Shown: positions 28,101 through 40,100 of the stretch, one piece after another
Layout: each line of letters starts with the position of its first letter
Position numbering within the stretch: position 1 is the first letter of the stretch
Source: Oopsacas minuta
Taxonomy: Eukaryota; Animalia; Porifera
Length of the DNA: 64,000 nucleotides
Assembly: GCA_024704765.1 (NCBI GenBank)
Contig: JAKMXF010000177.1
Span: 558,001 to 622,000, forward strand
Direction of reading: 5' to 3'
The notes under the pieces: model-generated
Seen by the model: only the letters and a program-made list of their open reading frames with translations
Databases searched by the model: none
What the model was told of the DNA's origin: nothing
Translations under genes and position numbers: made by a program

Positions 28101-31100
28101 CAAAACATCGACCATATAGTCAGACATATGCGTCATCAATCGTCATCCATGTCAAAGTAGTAAATCATTGTCTGTACTCGTATTAGCGGTGGTAAAATGA
28201 GTATTCGGGTTTCTTATTAGTTAGTATTTTTGATCATTTTCTGTAGTCTGCCAATATTTCATATGTGTGTTCCCTTTCTGTAGCATTTCCACTTGGATAT
28301 TCCAACAAATTTTCTCTAAATAAATCTGAAAATTATAAATTGGTCCATGTGGCCCACCAAACTATTGAGGAAGCCAATGTGGCCCGCAATTAAATCGAGT
28401 TGGGCACCCCTGATCTAACCCAATGCAAGACGATAATGCACGAAGTAATCTAGTTGTTGGAAGAAATAGACAATCCAATGATTGAAAAAACCGATAGCAA
28501 GCAGGTGAGATCAAATGTGCTTTCAAGGCGACTGCCTAGAATGAGTAAAAAGGGTAAAAAAAGAAACAAAATAGATAAGAAATGTAGAAACACTAACCTG
28601 AGTAACTACGTTATATCCCCTTTTGGTTGGTGAAACTAATGAGTTTCCAAGCTAACAAGTAATGAACTGTAGGAGAGGTAACAAAGTAGTACCCTTTACA
28701 TCATGCTCAGTTATTTCTGTATTTTCTAATATTGAGATTGATTATTGTAATTTGGTGACGGCCTCTTTGATATTTTTCTAGAAAAAACTGGATTCAAATA
28801 ACTCAGGATTAGTGTAGTTTAGAATATCACCAATTAAGATTTCAATTCCGTATATCTGTTAATCAACTGAGATTCAAAGGAACTTGGTGTTGGCAACAAA
28901 CTGCTGAAACTGTTAAATCTGAATGAATTGATAAGGTAGATAGAATATGTATAGACTGATTGGCGAATTCCAGCTGTATGATCTCTAAGGTATTGCTAGA
29001 GGAGTACCAGATCGCCCAATCTTGGTTAAGGTGTAACTCTGGCAACTTAATTTTAAGATCCTCAAAATTCCCCAAACCGAACCGTAATGAATCTTGTTGA
29101 TCTTGTATAATGCTATCATGAAGAGCTTTAGCAAAGTTTTCCTCTTCCTTAGATTCAAGATTTAAACGCTTTGCTATTTGACCAGTTATATTCAAGTATG
29201 ATGGGCCTGCTTGGAAAATAATAGGCACTGCATTCGGACGATAAATTGGTCTAATGCGTGGTATTTCAGAGCAGCAACCATCAGCTTGGAGTGCCCGGTC
29301 AACGTGGATAAGATCTTCCTCCTAAAATGGTGTATGCAAATGAATATCTTATCCTCTGGAAGGTCTTCGGCTAGATCCCTATGAAGAGCTCTAATCCACT
29401 TCCCTTTCAAGTCTTAGATCCTTTCGGTAAACTGAAAACAGTGCCAGTAGGGTGACCTCTGTAATTAGTTTTGCACCCAAATACAGAACATGTATTTAGC
29501 ATTAAGAAGTGTCTAAAATACATGTGAATAAAAGAAAAAGGTAAAACGAAGAAGGAGGAAATGTATAAAGACGAAAAATCAGGGAATTCCAATCACGGGA
29601 CAAGTTTCCGGTAAAATACAGCATAGAATATTCCAAACAGTACCTGTGTTCATTTCATAATATAAATTAATGATATAATCCAATTATGGTTTAGATGTTA
29701 TGGGTTATTAATGATATTTTATTTAAATGACTTCTATCTCATCCCTGGTCCAATTTCAGAGTCGATTTCCAATTGAAATAGCCACATTTATCGTTTAAAG
29801 TTCATAAGTAATAATAAATAGCACAAAAACGAATGCACTTGTAGTTCATCCATGATCCAGTATTTTTTGTTGTTACCGTCCTTATATTACGTAGTTCACG
29901 CCTTACTCAATTTGGACGGTAACATATATACAGTAGATGTCGGATATAAGAACACCAACTTGAATTACGGATACTTTTGTGTTCTATTCCATGGATTTTT
30001 TTACCGGTTATAAGAACATTCTATGCCGGATATAAGAACATCATAATAGAAAACGGTTACTATATACCCTATATAAATTCTGCTGGTTATAAGAACACTC
30101 TTAGTGTAGTACTAAAATTGGTTCTCATTACCAGTATGTTTGTAGAAGTCGGGATTAATTATATAGTAGATGTGAGAATACTTTTCTTTAATATGGTTTC
30201 TACATCCAAATGTGATTAAATGAAGTGTTCTCATAACTGGCATCTACTATACTACATAGCGGTTATAAGAAAATTATGTCCAGTTCCCGACGATTTTCTT
30301 ATAACTGACATTCACTGTACTGTAACTTTAAACTGGCAAAGAAACAAACTATTTATCATACTAAAGATGAGAATGCTAATTGAACTAACTTTTCTAAGTA
30401 GTTGATTCTTGTCTAATTTATCGATTGATCTATGATTATTTGTAGTTACCAACATTTGTACCTGATTACTTCATTATTTATGGCGAAGATTATCTAACTA
30501 TCACGAATAAAGTGGAACAATTATATCTTGTCGAAAAGAAAGATGCTCTTACCCTTTTCTTCAATACAGAACCAGTAAGTAATTGTAATAGTTCCTAGTT
30601 AGTTAGTGTGTTCAGGGAATATCTCAAAGTCCGGGAACAGATTCCTTAGCAAGAAATTTCTTCACCAGTGTGTTTATAAGGGTGTCTACTAAATCTCAAA
30701 AAATTTGAATGCAACTCCCGTAGGGGAACCTAACCAAATTCTATAAACTGGAAATTGTCACCTGTGTCTCTCTCGAAATTATTCATAAGGGATAGTTACC
30801 AGGCTATTAAGACTGAAGATGTTCTGATCACTTTTGAGTGATTACAAATATCACAATAAACATTAACATAGCCTACTCTATGAAATTAGATTCGATTTAA
30901 AGAGGAAAGGAGTTTATGCATTTTAACGTGTTCAAATATTCCTGGTGGTTGTGGATTCCTACTTTCAGCAACTGTCATCGGGTACCCTATGGGAGTTGAA
31001 TTTAAACTTATTGAAACATGTTAGTGAACACTCTTCAGGCGCGGTACGTCCCTTCGAAAAGTGCTACGGCGACAAATTCACAGTACAGTACAAACCGGTT

Positions 31101-34100
31101 TTTAAAGCAGCCCCTATAGGGAGATGCCGTGATGGTATAGACGATATGCCACGTCCGTAAGTCCGTCTGTGCTGCCCTGAGAAATCTGGTGCATTGCTGC
31201 ATCAACACGTGCCCCTGAAAAGAACAAAAATACATAACCCTGAGCTGCACTTCCAGTTTGTCGGTTGGACATTTTTTCTTACTATTTCTTTACACGGAAA
31301 AACGAAATAATTACAATTGTACGGCGCTCTACGCACCAACCATACCGGGTATGCTGCCCCTGCCAATATCAACACATAGGTGAAGAAATTTCTTGCTAAC
31401 GAATTTGTTCTCAGACTTTAGCTGTTTATTCACATTCCCTACTATCCAAAGATATTTCATGTAAAGGTTTACCTATACTGTTGCTGCATTTAAATTATCT
31501 TCACATACTGGAAAAGCAAAAACCTATTCAAGTATTCTGAATCCTCATTGACCGGAATGTAGCCAGAGACATGGGACAAATCTGACTACACCTCTGCTCA
31601 TTGAAGACATTGACCAGATTAGATTATCATTTAAGAGTGTCTTAACTTTAAGGTGGAGCATCCTCTTCATATTCACTGTAACACAATAGATGTCTTATAT
31701 GTAAGCCAAGCGCAGCAAGAATATATATTTGGGAGTAGCTGTGTGACTATACATAATTCGTGTTATATTACCTCCCTTTTATCCTTTCAAGCTTTAGGTC
31801 AGAAAAATGAACTGAACGTCTAAACCGTGTGTTATTTGAAATATATACACGGACATTCTATGCTATATAATATTGTTTTTGTTGTATTATTTCAATTATC
31901 TGCTTTAATATCAAATACATTTTCTTTAGGAAAAAGCATTGAAATCATTTGAATATGTATTATATTCAATATTTCAAGAAGTTATCAAATACTTCATGGT
32001 ACTTCACGATGAAATGAGCATTGAGCAGGTAATGTTAGTTGACTAATTCATTAATAATAGTACTTACTTGTATAAATAGAAAATACTGAAAACTAATGCC
32101 TTTGTCGTCAAATTTGCCTATTTTCGGAATCATTTTGGTTTAGATTTGAAATACTCTTTTCTCTAGCTGCATTAGCTAACAAGCAAGCTTCGGCTTGTGC
32201 ACACTTTGTGCACAAGCCGCGGAGCAATAAATTAAATATAATAATGAGTATATATATCCCGACCCGAGTCCGAATCGTGTTTACTTTATAGATCCCGACC
32301 CGAGTCCGAATCTCAACACGAACTGACTGAACCAGGGACGTAGGGAGCAAGGTTATTGGTGCGCCTTGCCATTCCAGCTCCTACGGACTTGTGACTCCGC
32401 ACCCTACCCGAAGGCATCTCCCTATAGGAGCTACACTAAAAAATGTTCAGCTGACATACTGGAGTCAGCTCGGACATCTGGGTTATGTTTTCACCCCTGA
32501 TGAATAATGATTAGTCATTAGAAACAAATTAACAATATCATTTAAAATATGAGCGTAATGGAGTGAAAATGCGATTAATCATATGATAAAATATGTAGAA
32601 GTAGTTGTTAAAATATCATAATTGGAATCTACATACTTGGTTACCCCTGACTAACAGTCGAAATGAAGTTTCTAACATCAAAATATATTTTGATGTTAGA
32701 AAGATTTAACAAATGATTAATCATATGAGAAATCTGTGGATTTTAAACTTTCAGACTATGAAAATGTCAAATTCGGACTCTACGCACCCAATTACCCCCG
32801 ACGATACGTTGAAACCTAAACTCTAGCATGTCTTTGAATGTATATGTGTACCAATTGTCATGTGAATCCGACTGCTAGATTTTGCACGTCACACATTGTC
32901 TATGCCATAAGCGCATCTCCCTAAGGAACTGCACTAAATCATTGGGTTTTAATCAAGGTTGCAACCAAATAATATATGGCGAATTGTTCAATATTCGGTT
33001 TCCAACTGAATATCAGTATTAAGTATTCAGTCAGGCTGCTTTTCGTGAATACTGATATTCGGTTCTATCAGTTTCAACCTTGGTTAATTGTATATACAAG
33101 ATGTAGCCAGGGACTTTTCTGGGAATAATTAGATGATTGCAAGGGACAAACTATCATTTCTGATTTATTGGATTCATTAATACTATGTAGGTAGGGAAAT
33201 GATTTCATCTTGTTTCTAGAAATTTTGCACTCTGATTGATTTTGTTAATAATGATTTTGCTATGATAAATCAAGAGCTAAAGAACCTTACCAATCAAATA
33301 GCGACGAACAACTTGGGAGATGGAATTCTGCCCAATCTCATTCTAAATGATCGTTGCAGAAACAATGAATTATTCCTAATCAGACTAATCTACCATGTAG
33401 CTGTTATGCTATCTTATAAGAAATATCACCAGCTGTTCCTACCTATTGCTTTGATTTATGAAAAACCTGAGACATTAAATGATAAGTTATTTCCTACTAT
33501 GATGGATGATCAGTTTCTATTTACAAAGAATGCTATGACTGAAGGTGGGAAATGGTATGAATGTCCTAATGGTCATCCCTACTTCATTGGAAATGTAAGT
33601 TTAGAGTAAACTATTCGGATAATAAAGAGATATATTAATCAATACTAATAAATCTCTGAATTTCCCGAATAGTTTTACTCTAACGTCACTTTCAAATTTC
33701 AAATTTTGACCACTGTTCCTATACAATTGCCCTATCCATCAATTGTATTCTGGATTTATTCATGTTTTGTATCTAGTGTGGGAGACCTTGGGTGGTTTCT
33801 ACATGTAGAGAGTGTGGCTCCCAAGTTGGTGGGAGTAGGCATAAATTAGATGATAAGAATAAACTCCTCGATGTAGCTAAAAATGAAACTAAAACAGGAT
33901 ACTTCATTGGAAAAATGAACCATGCTACAACCGTTCTTGCAGGGGAAAGGTAATTTGTGTCTGAAATCAAATCAAGGAATTGATTATTATTATTATCATC
34001 TATAGGTTACTTGGCCCTGCATCAGTTAAGATAATCCGTGTATTGATTGACATCTCTTTCATCTGGTCATCATGTTCTAAATACCCAACAGTTAGTAGCC

Positions 34101-37100
34101 ATGTGCTTCCTTCTCTTGTGACAAAAGGATTAGATGACCCCAGAGATCTTCCTAACTTCTTCTATTTGCATCTAGAGAGAGATATTATGGATCTGGTAAA
34201 GCTAACTGGCAAGAACTTTGGTGAAGTTGTATTTTACCTCCATCTGATAATCAAATCCCTGATGGAGACATCAGAACAAACATGTGAGTAGTAGTATTCT
34301 ATATCAGCTGATCCAGCGTTCTGAGTTCTAACAATTGTTTTAGAATTAAGGGTTTATCGTTCCCCCAGTATAGGGTAGGCCGATAATTATTAGCTTAATT
34401 AAAAGTACCGGGTAATATTCATGATTGACGTTTTTGATGGAGCATACTTTATCCTAGTTAACGAGCCTTTGGCTCATCGCTTTGCGATTAATTCGGTGCT
34501 TTGCGCCTCGATATAACCATTAATATCCTAATTGATTCATATTACATATATAAGTATATTATATCACGAAATCAACAGTAAATTTACATATGAGAAACTT
34601 CAAATACGAAATTCGGATTCAGCGTACTTTTTACCACTATTTTAACCTTTGCAAGCAAGTCTCTATGTATATCTTGAGATTTGACTCATCTCTTTACTAC
34701 AGTAAAACCTGTCTTTTACGACAACCAGGGGTTCCAAGGAAAAAGTCCGTAATGACAAGTGGTCCTTGATCACAGGTTTGGAATAGCCATTCGTTTAATA
34801 TTTATATCAGTCTCAACCTTTTCGAACTGGGGAATACTAAAAATTCAAAATTCGGTCAGGAAAGGTGGCATATTGTGGGGAACCTGTGATTCAAATTCCA
34901 AACTTCTATCACGTATATTAGCTGAGCTGTAGTTAATAATTTGATTATTCGAAAATCCAAAAAGGTGACAATGATCTTGTCCGAACCAGGCCCAAAATCA
35001 GCCCTTGGTGCCTTCCAGTTTCTCCAATCAATTCTGGACATATATATATATATACTAGCGCGCTTCGCTTTCTAGATCGCAGCGAGAGCTTAGTGCCCCA
35101 GGTTTGCTTAAGTATTAATTAAATAGTTCAAAAGTGGTATTGGCTAAGTTGTATAATACGTGATCAATTTTGACGTCTTATCCGTCTAGGATAACCTGAG
35201 ATATGAGATTTAACATTGTTCTACTTGTATAAGCCAAATTATTATCAAATATTATATAATTTGGTCAACTTATACTGAGAATTCTCATTAACAATTATAG
35301 AACTACTGTTATGATGGATAATACTTATTGCAGAAATCAGCCTAATATAAATTACGTCACCAAAAATTGTAAATTGAACGTATAACATATTATAGTAATA
35401 CGTCTTCATTGAAAGATGTATTAACAAATACTCGGAACTACGTGCCTTGAATTCACAGAATAGATAAATTTTAAGATTTATTATCCATGATCCATCCAAA
35501 TTACATTTACCGGGTAATTCAAAAAAATGCAACCCAAAAGTAAATGTTTGCAGTGAAGACAATTCTTAATCAAACTCAATCAAACTCAGAACATACGTAG
35601 AATATCTATATTTTTAGTACATATTAAAAATTCAGCGTACTACAGTCAATATTTTATGAATTAGAGCAAATGTTCCAAATGACCTCCTTTGAGTTCTGTA
35701 CATTTCTTGAGTCGTACCACCAAGTTGTTCATGACATTTTTGCATACAGTGGTCGGAATCTTTCTTATTTCTTCTCTGGTGTTTTCCTTCAACTCGCTGA
35801 TGGTTCTAGGCTTAGTAGAATAAACTCGGTCTTTAAGATAGCCCCACAAGTAGAAGTCAGGAGGGTTTAAGTCGGGGCTATAGGGGGCCCACTCAAAATT
35901 CGTCTTGAGACTGATGACTCTTGCTCCAAAGTGTTCTTTGAGCCAGTCCCTGGAGAAATTTGAGGTGTGTGAGCTCGCTCCATCTTGTTGGAACCAAAAG
36001 TGATTCAGAAGTGATGAGTAGAAGACTCTGAGCTGCTCCCAGAAGAGCTCAAGGACCTGGACATAATGTTCTTTCGTAACTGTAACAGCCCTGTCATTTT
36101 CTTCAAAAAAGAATGGTCCTATGATCCCTTTCGCCGAAATGGCTGCCCATACTGTGCATTTTTCTGAGTGTAGTGGTTTCATTGCAACTTCCATTGGTCT
36201 CTGGGTTCCTCAGAACACGTTTGTCTTGGAGTTGATTTTTCCATTTAGGCGAAAGTGGGCTTCATCGGACATCCAAAGTAGTGAAAGAAATCGGTCCTGA
36301 CATTCAATTTTTTCTAACAAATTCTTGGACATTTTAAGCCTTTTGGACTTATCACCAGCTGTTAACATCTGTTTTGTTTGTATACGATATGGAAACCTCT
36401 TAAGATCATCAATTAGGATCCTCCTGATAGTGCTTGCAGATATTTTTCTATCCAATGACAATGATTGACTCCTCCGCCTGATTGACCGTTTTGGACTGAA
36501 TTCAACAGAATTTCGGACCATCTCAATAACTTTTGTTGGTCGTTTCTTTCTCCGACCAGAATGCGTTAGTCTGTCATCACACTTACTATTGAGGTTTTGA
36601 ACTGTCCCATACTTCCTAAACTTCTCCACCCAACGATAGATCATCGATTTATCGGGAGCAACTTGGGTCTGGAATGATGTACGAAATTGCGTCTTTACAG
36701 TCTCGTATGAGGAGATATTAAAATAATGTTCCACGCAGAAAATTCGGTGTTGCAGTATCCAATTTGGCATTTTCTGATCGTTTAGACTCAAACTAATTAT
36801 AATCAAAAAGAATAAATAGGATTAGTTAAGAAATAAAGATAGGGTACCCGTAAAACATTTTGGGTTGCATTTTTTTTGAATCACCCTTTAATGGCCTTCT
36901 GTGATGACACTGGAGATGCTATGTCACTTGTGGTTAGTACTCTTGGCACTTCGTGCCTCGGCTAATAAGAAATTCTGAAATTTTAGAAATTGGGAGAATT
37001 TTGATATTTTTGTACAGTCATGATGACGTGATAATCTCCTGATGAGTTAGCTTTAGTCTAAATCATGACATCAGAACATGTGACATATTCATGGGTACTT

Positions 37101-40100
37101 GTGATTCAAATTTCAAACTTCTATCATTTATATTGCTGAGCAGTGGTTAAGCGAATATTTTAGTATTTGGTTAGGTTGCTATTCATGAATACTGATATTC
37201 CGTTCGATCGGTTTCAACCTTGGTTGAATTCAATCCTGAATACTTAGGATACAAATCTAATGTAAATCTAAAAGTATGAAAAGGAGCGGAGGTGGGTGCG
37301 GCGCTCCTTTTTCGGTTCCAGAACTCGGAGCAAGAGCGCTCCAAATAATGAGAAACGCTTTATGATCTGTACATATGTTTATACGTCTGGAATTGATTGA
37401 AGAAACTGGAAGACCCCCAGGGTGATTTTTGGCATGTGAGGCATGAATATATAAATTGGGATTACAGGCAAACATTTTTTGGTTCTATACACTAGAAACT
37501 CCCAAGATATTTATATCTCCTCTTCTACAGGCGATATTAATACTGAATTAAGACAGTACAAGTTGAGAGAGCAGTGGGAGAGAGAATTTGATAAGAAATT
37601 CATTCAACCTATACTCACCTCTCTAAACACAGATGTACAGAAACAGATGGAACAGGTGCTGAGTGAGAAGGGGATAGCTAACAATCCTTTACTCAGGTTA
37701 ATACAGAGATTAATATATTAGTTGAATTATCTATGAATTGTCCCAAATATTTAGAATTGTATACGAGAGAGATGAATCAGAACCAAACAACCCGTTACCT
37801 CATTTCTGGCGCTACAGAACTATTGTGAGCCTGGAGCATTTCTCTCAGAGCTTCAGTACAGCTGATTTAAATACCAAAAACAAGTGTCCGTTAGTAGACA
37901 AGTTCCTGAAAGAAGAAAACAAATTATTCGTGACTCGTTACTTACCAGACATTGTACAGCTACAGAGACGAGTAGGAGATAAGTTCCTACACAGACTGGA
38001 AAAGAGAGAAGCTGCTAATACTTCTATTAAAGATTTCTTAGATAGAATGAAAACTGGTAAATAGTTTATAGTTATACTCTATTCTCTCTTTTGAGATGAG
38101 TTTGCCATTTTGAATTTTATTCTTAGAGAACAAACAAGAATCAGAAGAATTAGCTAGACTAGTGAAGAGTCTTGCTACAGCATGGAGTATAATTGGAGAA
38201 GATGTGAAGAAGAATGGACGTCTCAGAATTGAAGAAGCTCTAGAACAACAAGAAATAACTCCTGCTACTTCTCTATCTTACCTGCTCCCCTCCTCAACAG
38301 GAGATGGACTGCTGATCACCTCACTCACTGACTATCTAGTGCTGATACACAACTCATTTGTACACGCCTACAGAGACAGAGTGAAGGGGTATGTATCATT
38401 CTATTAAATGATATGTCTATAGACATGTGTCATATGATTCTTATTGTATTAGGTCTCGTAGTAATAAGATACCACTCCGTGAATTGAATATGAGTCATGT
38501 AATTGAGTACGAAGAACATCTGCAGCCTCTACTACTGTCACAAGCTCACTACTCACTAGCTCTCGGACAAGGAAGTCAGGTGACTTATGATTTTGAGGGA
38601 GTAGAACAGCAATTAATGGAACAATTCATTCAGAACAAACCTCTTATTCTAGCAGAACATCTCCGCTTTGAATACATTCGTGAGGCTTACAACTTGGGTG
38701 TGTTTGAGCAGGTGCGACACAAAGTTCAACAGGTGAGTAACTCTTTAAAAGGAATATCTTCAGTGTTCTTTCTGTCAAACACTAATATATTTGGTTATTA
38801 ATCAATATTATCTCATCATTAGACTGAACTGAAGAAAATAGTATGGAGTGCAATACGGAAAGATATGGACTCTCTTGAAGCAGTTACTGATGTTCTCCTA
38901 CTACTAGATGTAGTGATTGGATTCTTATCATCAGCAGGAGGAGATCCAGAACAGAAATTGTCTTCTTATCTTTATGATGTTCTAAAATACTCTTACACGT
39001 CAGAAGGAGCTGGTCCTCTACAGAGCAGAAGAGTATGTATAATTGTACATTATCTGTAATATGTATACAATTATAGTAAACTCTCATTATAAAGAAGCTC
39101 CCAGGACATCTGTTTCATTTCGTTGTACACCCAGTTACATACATTCAAGCAATCACTTTGATATAACCGAAGATTACTGTCTGTCTTTATATTTGTTCTA
39201 ATATACTTACCTATTTTATTGAAGGTATAAATACTTGGCAACTTCTTACTTCCTTCCTTCCACGTGGCAATTTGAATTTCTGAGTTCTAGTTGTATTAAT
39301 TTGGGGATATAGATGTGTACCCATTGTCTATTGTCTAGAATGTGCTATTTCCACCACTTCTCAGTTCTCACAGTTATTACAATTAATTATACAACGGTTT
39401 TGTTTACTAATATTTCCATTTATTCTTTTCTTTCTACAGGCAGAGAGTGCATTGCGTTTGAAACATATACTGAGCTTTTGGGAATTTATGTCAATAGAGA
39501 AAGCTCGTAAACTTTGTCTCCATGGTCAGGTGAGTACCAGGTGTATTTGGTTGACATCTATTTATCCGGCACACATCTTGCGAATACTGATTAGAGTATT
39601 ACTAGATCACCAAAATTACTGTGAAGATTTAGAATATAATATTCTAACGTAAAAATTTCCTATTATAATTCTTAATAAATATAGAATTTATTAACGAGTT
39701 TGAGGCACATCGATTCTACTGTCTCAATTACCTCCATATATTGGACATTTTGAAAATGTCAAATTATCACTTGCTCAGATTGTAACCTTTTTCCAATATA
39801 GATTCCCTTCTCTTCTCTGAAAGATGAGTTTCAGGAAGTTGTGAGTGATAAGGAGAAACGTCAAATAATACGAAGCTGTACCCACTTTCCAGTAGAGAAA
39901 ATTCTGGTATTTCTTCATGATTTTATTCTCTTCTTTGTGCGAGTGAGAGATGCTGAAGAGAAGGATTTTGGGTAAGAACTCTAAACTTTCTATATACACA
40001 GAATTCATAAAAGTTGTATAAGTATTGCATGGGCTCGCTTTGTTGGCTTATTTTCGTATCAATATACGTACAATGGGTATCACTTTAATATTTCTATACA

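Noticed and set aside
32256-32312. 21-bp direct repeat ATCCCGACCCGAGTCCGAATC, two copies, CRISPR-like at first sight
   Set aside because: Only two units, a 15-bp spacer, no cas genes and a eukaryotic intron context.
1180-36212. In-frame TGA codons in the vWA gene (1180-1182) and the mariner transposase (36210-36212, at a conserved Trp) hinting at UGA=Trp or Sec recoding
   Set aside because: Trp is encoded by TGG throughout the intact genes, TGA terminates the GTPase and CARD-TM ORFs, and the vWA gene has other lesions. Ordinary nonsense mutations explain both.
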